A stretch of DNA of 64,000 nucleotides, taken from contig JAXGTH010000002.1 in NCBI GenBank assembly GCA_040775045.1, positions 2,445-66,444 on the forward strand, given 5' to 3'. This stretch comes from Bacteroidales bacterium. Its GTDB lineage: Bacteria > Bacteroidota > Bacteroidia > Bacteroidales > B18-G4. A program made the position numbers and the translations under genes. Positions 1-9,058 of this stretch are shown here, piece after piece. The stretch's first letter is position 1. The number at the start of each line of letters is the position of its first letter. The notes under the pieces are model-generated. The model worked only from the letters and a program-made list of their open reading frames with translations. It did not search any database and was not told where the DNA came from.

Positions 1-14
1 GATTCCCCTGCTGT

Positions 15-1019
15 TTATTCCTGGAGGAGGTTCCTGATGATCCCGGGACTGATCTCCTTCATGCAATGGCACTCGTGGTTGGTCCGGCAGTCGTTGCATT
101 CTTTTTCCATCACGGCATAGGTGGCATTGTTGCCGATCGGTGCCCATCGGCCCGGATGCATGGGTCTGATGGGCGGGTATATTCCTACTGCCCTTTTCCC
201 GAGTGCAGCGGCCAGGTGCAGGGGACCGGTGCTGGCTGCCACCAGCCCGTCGCATGCATTGATGAAGGAAATGAACTGGCCAAGCGTCATGCGGCCTGTC
301 AGGTCTGTGATTCCCTTCAGGCCGAAAAGCCCCGAACCCTTTATCATATCACCTTCCAAAGCTGTTCCGCTGACAAAGACATTAAATCTATCGGGGGGAA
401 GCATCCTGCAAAGTGCCGTGAAATTATCAAGTCCCCATTCGCGCGCACTGCCTTTGGATTTGGGATGGATGATCAGGTTGAACTTTGCCGGGTCAATCAA
501 TGCCCTGAGATCACTATGCAGTTCTTCTGTATGCGTCAATCCGTAAAGGGATGGGATGTCCTGTAAAGGGATGGTATGCGCTCCGGTAATTCCCTCAACC
601 AGCTTAAGGTTGAGCTGGGCTTCGTGAAGTGCTGATCTTCTCCTGCTCAGCCGAACCAGCTCATTGCATGTATTCCAGTGGTAGAGCCTGTTGGTGGTGC
701 CCATGCGCACGGGGATACCTGCTTTCCGGGCCAGCCTGGCAATTTCGGGCCTCGGGAAGACATGGATGATCAGGTCGGCACCATGGTTCTTCAGGCTCTG
801 TACCGCAGCTTCCTCCTCCATTTCCCGGAGCAGGTCCCAGTCGATGAAAGTATCGATATGCCCACAGGCTTTAACGACATCGCGGGTATACGATCCTCCG
901 AGGAAAAGGATGGATGTGTGGGGGAAGATCCTTTTCAGCAGGCCTGCCACGGGAAGGGTGAGCACCACATCACCGATGCTGTCGGTACGGCTGATGATAA
1001 TGCGGTTGTAATTCCTCAT
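15..1019 (-). CDS. Glycosyltransferase family 9 (LPS heptosyltransferase-like)
   Basis: 334-aa ORF with ATG at 1017-1019. N-terminal 'RIIISRTDSIGDVVLTLPV' and C-terminal 'DGLVAASTGPLHLAAALGKRAVGIY' match the conserved GT9 blocks. Confidence 0.8.
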   Translation of the reverse strand: MRNYNRIIISRTDSIGDVVLTLPVAGLLKRIFPHTSILFLGGSYTRDVVKACGHIDTFIDWDLLREMEEEAAVQSLKNHGADLIIHVFPRPEIARLARKAGIPVRMGTTNRLYHWNTCNELVRLSRRRSALHEAQLNLKLVEGITGAHTIPLQDIPSLYGLTHTEELHSDLRALIDPAKFNLIIHPKSKGSAREWGLDNFTALCRMLPPDRFNVFVSGTALEGDMIKGSGLFGLKGITDLTGRMTLGQFISFINACDGLVAASTGPLHLAAALGKRAVGIYPPIRPMHPGRWAPIGNNATYAVMEKECNDCRTNHECHCMKEISPGIIRNLLQE

Positions 1020-1029
1020 AGGACGTTTT

Positions 1030-1794
1030 TTAGGCCTTCACCGACTTCCTGATCTGCCTGATCTTTGCATATTTCATGAATGTGGCCTGGGCGGAGATCC
1101 TGCATACCACAAAACCATAATAACCATCGAGAAAACCGCCTTTAAGGAAATAGTCCCTGATGAATTTCAGGGCGGGGCCCAGCAGGAGTTTCATTATACC
1201 GGCCTTCTTGCCCTTTTCCACGGCCAGCGCAGCTGTCATGTCGGTAAAATGGTTGGCCTGTGCATAATGCCCCGAAATGCTGTAATAGGAATAGTGCAGC
1301 AGGTCGCCTTTGAGGTGCCTTATCCGGGCATCATCGACCTTGCATACCAGGTGTTCATGGATCCTTTCGCCTCCCCACTCGAATTTCTTCCTGTCGAACA
1401 GGCGGAGTTTCCTGTCGGGGTACCATCCGCCGTGCCGGATCCACCTGCCGCAATAGTTGGTCAGGCGGTTCATCTCGTAACCGTCGGCAGCGGGTGAATT
1501 TTTGATTTCCAGGATCGACTTCCTGAGATCGTCCGATAAGGCTTCATCGGCATCGATCGAAAGGATCAGGTCGTGAAGTGCCAGGCTGTTGGCATGGTTC
1601 TTCTGCCCGATATATCCCGCCCAGGGATGAAAATAGAACTTTACACCTTTTTCTTTGCAGATCTCCTCGGTCCTGTCGGAAGAACCCGAATCAACAACCA
1701 CGATCTCGTCGGCAACCCCCTGCAGGGAGGTGACGCACCGGCCAATGTTCTTTTCTTCGTTAAAGGTGATGATGACGGCTGAGATCCCGGGCAT
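1030..1794 (-). CDS. Glycosyltransferase family 2
   Basis: 'ISAVIITFNEEKNIGRCVTSL', 'VVVDSGSSDRT' and 'SIDADE' (DxD) are typical GT2 motifs. The ATG at 1794 is preferred over the upstream TTG at 1821 given by the ORF track. Confidence 0.8.
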   Translation of the reverse strand: MPGISAVIITFNEEKNIGRCVTSLQGVADEIVVVDSGSSDRTEEICKEKGVKFYFHPWAGYIGQKNHANSLALHDLILSIDADEALSDDLRKSILEIKNSPAADGYEMNRLTNYCGRWIRHGGWYPDRKLRLFDRKKFEWGGERIHEHLVCKVDDARIRHLKGDLLHYSYYSISGHYAQANHFTDMTAALAVEKGKKAGIMKLLLGPALKFIRDYFLKGGFLDGYYGFVVCRISAQATFMKYAKIRQIRKSVKA

Positions 1795-1844
1795 ATCGAA
1801 GGCTTTTTCTGGTGCATCCAAAGATACTACATTTCCTCAAATGC

Positions 1845-3308
1845 TTATTTTTTCCAGAAGGCGGGGGAGAATAAGATAAGCACGGTAAAGAGCTCCAGGC
1901 GGCCCAGCAGCATCAGGAATGAGAGCACCCATTTCCCGCCGTAGGGTATGAAGGCATAGTTGTCGACAGGCCCTACCATCCCGATCCCGGGTCCGATATT
2001 TCCAATGGTGGCTGCCGAGGCCCCGATGGCTGTAGGGGCATCAAGACCGATCAGTGCCATCACCGTGGCCCCGATGAGGAATATGATGATGTAGATGAGG
2101 AAAAATGCCATCACCTTGAAGATGATGTCCTGCGACACCACCTTGGCATTCATCCTAACCGGTATGATCGCCTGCGGGTGGATGAGCCTCTTCAGCTCGA
2201 GCAGGCTGTTTTTGAGGAGCAGCAGCTGCCTGATCACCTTGATCCCTCCGCCTGTCGACCCGGCCATACCCCCGATGAACATCATGAGGAAGATCAGGAA
2301 CCACATGGCCCCCGGCCAGTTCAGGTAATTGTCAGTGATATAGCCCGTGGTGGTGATGATCGAAACGACCTGGAAGAGGGCCGACCGCATGGCTTCTTCA
2401 AATGCCATCCCTTCTGTTCCAAAGGCAAGGACCAGGGTGATGATCAGGGTGCCACCCAGGATCAGGTAAATGAAATAACGGAATTCTTCGCTTTGCCAAA
2501 CCTTGCGCAATTGGCCGTGCAATGCGAAATAATGAAGGGTGAAGCCGGTCCCCGCCATGAACATGAACACCACGATCACGTACTGGATATAGGGAGAATA
2601 GGCAGCAATACTCGCGTTTTGCGTTGAAAATCCGCCGGTGGCCATGGTACCGAAGGTATGACAGAGCGCATTGAACAGGTCCATCCCCCCAAACATCAGG
2701 AGGATGGTTTCCAGGATGGTGAACAACAGGTAGATACCCCACAGCCTTTTGGCTGTGGAAGTGATCCGGGGATGCAGCTTGTCCTTGGTCACCCCGGGCA
2801 TCTCGGCAGCATAAAGCTGCATGCCGCCAATGCCAAGGATGGGAAGGAGTGCCACTGTAAAGACGATAATGCCCATACCCCCGATCCAGTGTGTCATGCT
2901 TCGCCAGAACAACAGCCCTTTGGGCATGGCTTCGATATCGGTAAGAATGGTAGCTCCCGTGGTAGTAAAGCCCGACATTGTTTCAAAGAAGGCATCGGTG
3001 AAGTTGCTGATCATGCCGCTGAAGATGAATGGCAGGGTTCCGAACAATGAGATGATGATCCAGGTCAGGGCCACGATCACATAGCCTTCCTTCTTACCGA
3101 TATTTCGGGGGTGCTTCCTGGTCGAGAACCACATGATCCCGCCTGCGAACATGGTGATAAGGCCCGAATAGAGCAGTGAGAGATAAGTGCTCTCACGGTA
3201 GTAAAGGGAGAAAGGAAGTGCGCTGAGCATAAAGGCCCCTTCAATGACAAGCAGGAAGCCGATCACCCTGATGACCACCTTTACGTTGATGCCCTTCCAG
3301 TCCCTCAT
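1845..3308 (-). CDS. trkH: Trk-type K+ uptake permease TrkH
   Basis: 487-aa polytopic membrane protein with 'GSTGGGIKVIRQ' and repeated TTTG/GFS pore-loop-like motifs. It lies 4 nt downstream of trkA. Confidence 0.85.
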   Translation of the reverse strand: MRDWKGINVKVVIRVIGFLLVIEGAFMLSALPFSLYYRESTYLSLLYSGLITMFAGGIMWFSTRKHPRNIGKKEGYVIVALTWIIISLFGTLPFIFSGMISNFTDAFFETMSGFTTTGATILTDIEAMPKGLLFWRSMTHWIGGMGIIVFTVALLPILGIGGMQLYAAEMPGVTKDKLHPRITSTAKRLWGIYLLFTILETILLMFGGMDLFNALCHTFGTMATGGFSTQNASIAAYSPYIQYVIVVFMFMAGTGFTLHYFALHGQLRKVWQSEEFRYFIYLILGGTLIITLVLAFGTEGMAFEEAMRSALFQVVSIITTTGYITDNYLNWPGAMWFLIFLMMFIGGMAGSTGGGIKVIRQLLLLKNSLLELKRLIHPQAIIPVRMNAKVVSQDIIFKVMAFFLIYIIIFLIGATVMALIGLDAPTAIGASAATIGNIGPGIGMVGPVDNYAFIPYGGKWVLSFLMLLGRLELFTVLILFSPAFWKK

Positions 3309-3311
3309 GCC

Positions 3312-4652
3312 TTAGTTGAAAAGTTTGCTTACCTTATGGATAGCCTCAGGCATGCTGAAGACAACCACCTTGTCGCCCTCCTCGATCTGGAAATCCCCAA
3401 CGGCGATAAAACTGTCGTCGCCCCTGATGATCCCTCCGATGATGGCCCCTTTCGGCATATTCAACTTCCTGATGGGCTTACGGGTCACCTGGCTGTGGGG
3501 ATTGGCCAGGAGTTCCATCACCTCGGCATTGATCCCGCTGAGACATTTGATGGAAGTGACCACTGCATTGATGGTGAACCTTACAATATAGCTGGCCGTG
3601 CTCAGCTTCTTGTTGATGATGGTGTCGATACCGATGTTCTGGGAGATGTCGATGTAGTCGATATTCTCCACCAGCGCGATCGTCCGCTTAACCCCGAATT
3701 CACGGGCATGCAGGCAACTCAGGATGTTGGTCTCCGAACTGTCGGTCACGGCGATGAAGGCATCCATACCCCTGATGTCTTCGTCTTCCATCAGCTGGAT
3801 ATCCCTGGCATCGCCGTTGATCACCAGCGTATGCTCAAGGGTGTCGGCAAGGTACTGGCTTTTATCCCTGTCGACCTCGATAAGCTTGATATGCATGTTA
3901 TTCTCCAGCTTCCTGGCTGCCGTCCGGCCAACCCTGCCCCCTCCTACGATCATCACATTCCTGATCTCAAAGGTTTGCTTGCCACCAAGCTTGAGAAGGT
4001 CATCGATACCTCCCGGCTTGGTGATCACATACGACAGGTCGTTGGTGAGGAACTTGTCGTCGCCCTTGGGGATGATGGTGCGGCCATTCCTGTGGATGGC
4101 AACTGCCCTGAAATCAAGGTGAGGGAAGAGCCCCACGATATCGTTGAGGGTCTTGTTCACCACAGGGGCGTTTTCCTCGAGCTTGATCAGGAAAAGAAAA
4201 AGTTTCCCTTCGGAAAAGTCGAAGATCTCCGTTGCAGCCGTCTGGCTTAAAAGGTGGGCCACCTCATTGGCCACAATGTCCTCCGGGCAAACCAGGGCAT
4301 CGATACCCATGTTCCTGAAGCGGGTCTCGTTTTCAGGCCTGAGGTATTCGAGGTTATTGACCCTGGCAATGGTCTTTCTGGCGCCAAGTTGTTTGCCCAG
4401 GGCCGCGGTCACGATATTGGTGCGCTCATCATGGAGCACAGAGATCAGCAGGTCGGCCCTCCGTACATTGGCGTTGAGCAATACCTCTATGGAAGTTGAA
4501 TCACCTTTGATGGCAAGGACATCGGTATGCGATTCAACCATTTTGATAAGGTCTTCATGCGGATCGACGATCGTGATGTTATGGTTCTCCAGTGCAAGTT
4601 CCTTTGCAAGGTAAAGTCCCACTTCCCCGTCACCGGCGATAACTATATTCAT
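3312..4652 (-). CDS. trkA: Trk system K+ uptake protein TrkA (two RCK/NAD-binding repeats)
   Basis: Two Rossmann GxGxxG blocks, 'IVIAGDGEVG' and 'VMIVGGGRVG', in a 446-aa protein next to trkH. Confidence 0.9.
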   Translation of the reverse strand: MNIVIAGDGEVGLYLAKELALENHNITIVDPHEDLIKMVESHTDVLAIKGDSTSIEVLLNANVRRADLLISVLHDERTNIVTAALGKQLGARKTIARVNNLEYLRPENETRFRNMGIDALVCPEDIVANEVAHLLSQTAATEIFDFSEGKLFLFLIKLEENAPVVNKTLNDIVGLFPHLDFRAVAIHRNGRTIIPKGDDKFLTNDLSYVITKPGGIDDLLKLGGKQTFEIRNVMIVGGGRVGRTAARKLENNMHIKLIEVDRDKSQYLADTLEHTLVINGDARDIQLMEDEDIRGMDAFIAVTDSSETNILSCLHAREFGVKRTIALVENIDYIDISQNIGIDTIINKKLSTASYIVRFTINAVVTSIKCLSGINAEVMELLANPHSQVTRKPIRKLNMPKGAIIGGIIRGDDSFIAVGDFQIEEGDKVVVFSMPEAIHKVSKLFN

Positions 4653-4742
4653 ATAGCGAGTTTAAAAACCGGGTGCCAAATTACTACAAACCCGACCTAA
4701 AAAGCAAATGAAAACGATCAAATGTTTCCTGCAGGTCAAAGA

Positions 4743-5534
4743 TCAGCTTATCGTGAAGTTGTCCCAGTCGTTACCCACTCCCAGCCTCGACCGAAGCTGG
4801 CTGAGGGCCTCCGCCTGCAGGCGGCAGGTAATCATGCCCTCATGGCCCGGTGCGGCGCTTGCCAGGATATTTCCATCAGGACCCACAATACGCGAATCAC
4901 CAGAATATTCATAACCCCTCCCGTCGCGGCCGGTACGGTTCAGCCCTGCAGCATAGGCCATGTTCTCGATGGCCCTTGCCGCGATCAGGGTTTTCCATGC
5001 GGTTGAACGTTCGGCGGGCCAGTTGGCCACATATATGAGCAGGTCGTAAGCATACTGTCCCTGTGTGTATAAGTTCTTGCTCCAGACAGGGAAACGCAGG
5101 TCGTAACAAACCAGGGGAATCACTCTCCAGCCTTTGATCTCCACGATAAGTTTTTCCTTTCCGGGGGTATAATGCAGATGTTCCTCGCCCATCCTGAAGA
5201 GGTGTTTCTTGTCGTAATGCACGTAACTGCCGTCGGGCCTCATCCAGATAAACCTGTTGTAATATTTCCCGTCTTCCCTGATCACCACGCTGCCGCAGAT
5301 CACGCATCCCGTTGCGGCAGCCTTTGTTTTCATCCATTCCATTGACGGTCCTTCCATCTCTTCGGCAATGTTTTCGGGATTCATGGTAAATCCCGTGGTA
5401 AACATCTCCGGCAGCACAATGAGGTCGGTAGGGTCAACCAGTTCCCTTAACAGGGCATCGAAGCGGGAAAGGCTTGCATCCCTGTCCTCCCAGGCCAGGA
5501 CGGCCTGCACTAAGGTGATGATCAGATCTTGCAT
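4743..5534 (-). CDS. Carbon-nitrogen hydrolase, omega-amidase type (YafV-like)
   Basis: Nitrilase-superfamily Glu-Lys-Cys triad blocks 'LIVLPEMFTTGF', 'YDKKHLF' and 'LVCYDLRFP'. Confidence 0.85.
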   Translation of the reverse strand: MQDLIITLVQAVLAWEDRDASLSRFDALLRELVDPTDLIVLPEMFTTGFTMNPENIAEEMEGPSMEWMKTKAAATGCVICGSVVIREDGKYYNRFIWMRPDGSYVHYDKKHLFRMGEEHLHYTPGKEKLIVEIKGWRVIPLVCYDLRFPVWSKNLYTQGQYAYDLLIYVANWPAERSTAWKTLIAARAIENMAYAAGLNRTGRDGRGYEYSGDSRIVGPDGNILASAAPGHEGMITCRLQAEALSQLRSRLGVGNDWDNFTIS

Positions 5535-6679
5535 AGGATGTTGGCGGCCTTTTCAAGGGTTTCTTCTTTCTTTGCGAAGCAAAGCCTCAGCAGCTTGTGA
5601 TCGTCGCCACCATGGTAAAAGGGCGACACGGGGATCGTTCCGATACCATGCTCACGGATAAGCCTTTCCGCAAAATCCATATCATTTTCATCAGAGATGG
5701 CGCTGTAGTCGACGAGCTGGAAATAGGTCCCGTGCGACGGGATCAGGCGGAAGCGTGAAGTACTGATCATATCTGCGAAAGCATCGCGCTTGGCCTGGTA
5801 AAAGGTTTCGAGCCCGGTATAGTTCTTTCTGTTCCCGAGAAATTCGGCGATGGCGTACTGTATCGGCGTGTTGCACGTGAAGACGATGAACTGGTGCGAT
5901 TTCCTGAATTCGTTCATCAGGTTTTCGGGAGCCAGCACGTAACCCATCTTCCAGCCTGTTGCATGAAAGGTCTTGCCGAACGATCCCGTCACGAAACTAC
6001 GCTCCGCCAGACCGGGAAACCTGCATACGCTTTCATGGGTTGCGCCATCGTAGATCAAGTGTTCATAAACTTCATCGCTGAGGATGGTGATGTCGCTCTT
6101 CCTGGTGAGACGCTCCAGTTCCTGAAGGTCCTCATGCCTGAGGATGCTGCCCGTGGGATTGTGGGGACTGTTTATGATGATCATCCTGGTGCGGTGGGTC
6201 ACCATTCGGGATACCTCCTGCCAGTTGATGCGGAATTCCGGGGGCTCTAACACTGCATATTTCACAATTCCACCGGAAAGCTGCACGGCAGGGGCGTAGC
6301 TGTCGTAGGCCGGCTCGAAAATGATCACCTCATCGTCATCGCCGACCATGCTTGCAATGGCAGTGTAAATACCCTGTGTGGCACCTGCCGTGATGGTGAT
6401 CTCCTTCTCAGGATCGTAACGGATGCCATAGGCCTTTTCCAACTTCGCCGAGATCCTGTCCCTCAGCAGGGGAACACCCGGCATGGGCGCATACTGGTTA
6501 TGGCCATTCTTCATGTTTTTATTTATCAACGCGATAAGTTCCGGTGAAACCTCAAAGTCGGGGAAACCCTGCGACAGGTTAATGGCCTTGTGCTCACCCG
6601 CAAGTTTCGACATGACGGCAAAGATGGATGTGCCGGTGCGTGGCAGTTTCGATTTGATGCTCCCTGGGAAATAGGTCAT
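5522..6679 (-). CDS. PLP-dependent aminotransferase (methionine/glutamine transaminase, YbdL-like)
   Basis: '[10 protein letters not shown]', 'NSPHNPTG' and '[15 protein letters not shown]' (PLP lysine). The true start is ATG at 6679 (MTYFPGS...). The track ORF extends to 7333 but that extension overlaps pgk and carries no motifs. Confidence 0.85.
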   Translation of the reverse strand: MTYFPGSIKSKLPRTGTSIFAVMSKLAGEHKAINLSQGFPDFEVSPELIALINKNMKNGHNQYAPMPGVPLLRDRISAKLEKAYGIRYDPEKEITITAGATQGIYTAIASMVGDDDEVIIFEPAYDSYAPAVQLSGGIVKYAVLEPPEFRINWQEVSRMVTHRTRMIIINSPHNPTGSILRHEDLQELERLTRKSDITILSDEVYEHLIYDGATHESVCRFPGLAERSFVTGSFGKTFHATGWKMGYVLAPENLMNEFRKSHQFIVFTCNTPIQYAIAEFLGNRKNYTGLETFYQAKRDAFADMISTSRFRLIPSHGTYFQLVDYSAISDENDMDFAERLIREHGIGTIPVSPFYHGGDDHKLLRLCFAKKEETLEKAANILCKI

Positions 6680-6732
6680 GGGCTGGTATATTTGGCTCAG
6701 GACAAATGTACTGATAATTGCCCTGTTTTTTG

Positions 6733-6740
6733 TAATTTTG
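6733..6740 (+). promoter_or_regulatory. Bacteroidota -7 promoter box (TAatTTTG) upstream of pgk
   Basis: Exact TAnnTTTG match 42 nt upstream of the pgk ATG. Confidence 0.4.
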
Positions 6741-6781
6741 TGGCAGGACTTATTACTTTCAATAATTTTAAATACGTGAAT

Positions 6782-7972
6782 ATGAACACAATAAATAATT
6801 ATAGCTTCAGTGGCCGCAAGGCGTTGATCCGTGTCGATTTCAATGTTCCGCTCAACGACAGATTCAAGATCACCGATACCACCAGGATCGATGCCGCCAT
6901 ACCGACCATTCGTAAGATACTTGACGGCGGCGGGGCCGTGATCCTGATGTCGCATTTGGGCAGGCCTAAATCCGGCCCCGAGGATAAGTTCTCGCTGAAG
7001 CACCTCCTGCCTTACCTTTCTGAGCAGCTCGGGCTTCAGGTGCAATTTGCCGACGACTGTGTCGGTCAGCAGGCCAGGGAGAAGGCCGGGAACCTGAAGC
7101 CAGGCGAGGTGCTGCTGCTCGAAAACCTGAGGTTCTATCCTGAAGAGACCAAAGGCGATGAGGCTTTTGCAAAAAAACTGGCTTCCCTGGGCGATGTGTA
7201 TGTCAACGATGCCTTCGGAACGGCACACAGGGCGCACGCATCCACGGCCATCATTGCAAAATTCTTCCCGAACGATAAACTGTTCGGGTATATCATGGAG
7301 AATGAGGTGAAGAGTATCGATAAGGTGCTGCACGAACCCGGAAAGCCTTTCACGGCAATCCTGGGCGGGGCCAAGGTGAGCGGCAAGATCGAGATCATCA
7401 ACAACCTGCTTGATAAGGTTGATAACATGATCATCGGCGGGGGCATGATGTTCACCTTCCTGAAAGCGCTGGGAGGGGATACCGGCAACAGCATCGTGGA
7501 AGAAGACCTGGTGGAAACTGCCATGAAGGCATTGTACAAATCAAAGGAACTTGGGGTGAACCTGTACCTGCCCATGGATACCATTGCAGCCGATGCCTTT
7601 GACAATGATGCAAACCGCAAAACAGTCGCATCCGACAAGGTGCCTGAAAATTATATGGGACTCGATATCGGCCCCAAAAGTATCCGCTCATTCCGTAAGG
7701 CCATCCTCAATTCATCCACCATACTCTGGAACGGGCCCATGGGAGTTTTCGAGATGCCCAACTTCGAAGAGGGGACCAGGGCCATCGCTGAGGCAGTGGC
7801 CAAAGCTACCTCCAGGGGCGCCTTCTCGCTTATCGGCGGTGGCGATTCGGTGGCAGCGATCAATAAATATGGCCTGAAGGACCAGGTCAGCTATGTATCC
7901 ACCGGCGGTGGCGCCATGCTCGAATATATCGAAGGGAAAGAACTTCCGGGCGTGAAAGCCATCAAGGAATAA
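6782..7972 (+). CDS. pgk: Phosphoglycerate kinase
   Basis: '[12 protein letters not shown]', '[10 protein letters not shown]' and '[19 protein letters not shown]'. ATG at 6782 (MNTINN...) gives a canonical 396-aa protein. Confidence 0.95.
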   Translation: MNTINNYSFSGRKALIRVDFNVPLNDRFKITDTTRIDAAIPTIRKILDGGGAVILMSHLGRPKSGPEDKFSLKHLLPYLSEQLGLQVQFADDCVGQQAREKAGNLKPGEVLLLENLRFYPEETKGDEAFAKKLASLGDVYVNDAFGTAHRAHASTAIIAKFFPNDKLFGYIMENEVKSIDKVLHEPGKPFTAILGGAKVSGKIEIINNLLDKVDNMIIGGGMMFTFLKALGGDTGNSIVEEDLVETAMKALYKSKELGVNLYLPMDTIAADAFDNDANRKTVASDKVPENYMGLDIGPKSIRSFRKAILNSSTILWNGPMGVFEMPNFEEGTRAIAEAVAKATSRGAFSLIGGGDSVAAINKYGLKDQVSYVSTGGGAMLEYIEGKELPGVKAIKE

Positions 7973-8102
7973 AGCCAGTGGCATTGCTCATTGTCGGTTG
8001 TTCATGTTAAATGTAAAATGGAACATGGAGCTGGTTGTTCACATGTCACCTATTTATATATTGAATGATCAGGAGGCTTTCTCACAAGTCTTTGTTAATA
8101 AT

Positions 8103-8185
8103 GGTGGTGTGCTTTGAGGCCTTCGTGGTTATTTTTATTCATTACGGCCCAAAAATTCGCAGAGGATACTCAAAGGCATGCCAGG
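8103..8185. repeat. REP-like intergenic element built from CAAAGG/CGAAGG words (inverted pair)
   Basis: 8156-8185 'attcgcagaggatactcaaaggcatgccagg' matches about 26/31 with 30101-30132. 8103-8130 is the reverse complement of 'aaccacgaaggcctcaaagcacaccacc' (compare 'aaccacaaag' at 30091). Confidence 0.5.
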
Positions 8186-8244
8186 TTATCCTGGCGGGTT
8201 AATTGCAATACTATAACTATTGGGATAGCATCACGGTACTGATC

Positions 8245-8952
8245 CTAGAAACTGTATGTTAATAATATGCCCGCGAACATGCCGGGGAGCCATTTTTCCT
8301 TCCGGCTGGCCTCCGGGGGATCATAAACAGTCCAATCCCTGTCGCTGTTGCAATCACAGGTATCGTATTTTCTCCTGTATACAATAGTTTCTTCGTTGCG
8401 GTGCATGAACCCGATGCCCCCGAAAAAGTCGGCCTGCCATTGAGGCCTGCGTTTCGATAAATTCAGCTTTTTCCCAACCAGGAACTTCATCCCGTATTCT
8501 TCCCTCGAATACGACTGCTCTTTTACATAACTTTCCTTGGTCATGCCCGTGCAGTATTCATAGAAAAGCTTCTCGTAGGATTCATCGGAAAAGAATGCTT
8601 CGGCACTGATATAGAACCCGTGTTCGGGTTTGAGATAGTAATTCATCCCCAGAGCAGCGGAGTATCCATGAGTAAAAAGAAAGTTCTTGTCCAGACGAAT
8701 GGAAAAAAATGTTCCCCCGTCCACCCTGTAAGGCCCTCCCGACACCGGGAATTTCCATCCCCCCCGGGCAATCAGCGACATCCTTTTCGACAGCGCCCTT
8801 TCATAAGTTATCTGGGCCTCGAAAGCTGCCAGTTCCAGGACGTTTAAAGAGATGGAATTCTTTCTTTCTCTTTCAGGTGCCGACTGCGGGAACAAAATAT
8901 ACGGAACACCTGAAAGGATCATAAAAATCAAAGGGAGCAGGCTTCTAACCAT
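8245..8952 (-). CDS. Hypothetical secreted protein, possible outer-membrane beta-barrel
   Basis: N-terminal hydrophobic signal sequence, alternating aromatic/polar strands and a C-terminal '...LLTYSF' ending in Phe. No specific family recognised. Confidence 0.5.
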   Translation of the reverse strand: MVRSLLPLIFMILSGVPYILFPQSAPERERKNSISLNVLELAAFEAQITYERALSKRMSLIARGGWKFPVSGGPYRVDGGTFFSIRLDKNFLFTHGYSAALGMNYYLKPEHGFYISAEAFFSDESYEKLFYEYCTGMTKESYVKEQSYSREEYGMKFLVGKKLNLSKRRPQWQADFFGGIGFMHRNEETIVYRRKYDTCDCNSDRDWTVYDPPEASRKEKWLPGMFAGILLTYSF

Positions 8953-9058
8953 AAGACCGGATCAATTGGATGCACCCAAGATAAGGAATTTTATGGAAAT
9001 CGGCCGGACACGGCATCATCATGGCAAACAGTCGTTATACCAACTAAATCTTAATGTC

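Noticed and set aside
3336-4250. 304-aa ORF antisense to trkA
   Set aside because: The sense frame has two Rossmann/RCK repeats. The antisense product is featureless.
6680-7333. N-terminal extension of the aminotransferase ORF (track ORF 5522-7333, 603 aa)
   Set aside because: The extension overlaps pgk on the opposite strand and has no aminotransferase similarity. The canonical 385-aa protein starts at ATG 6679.
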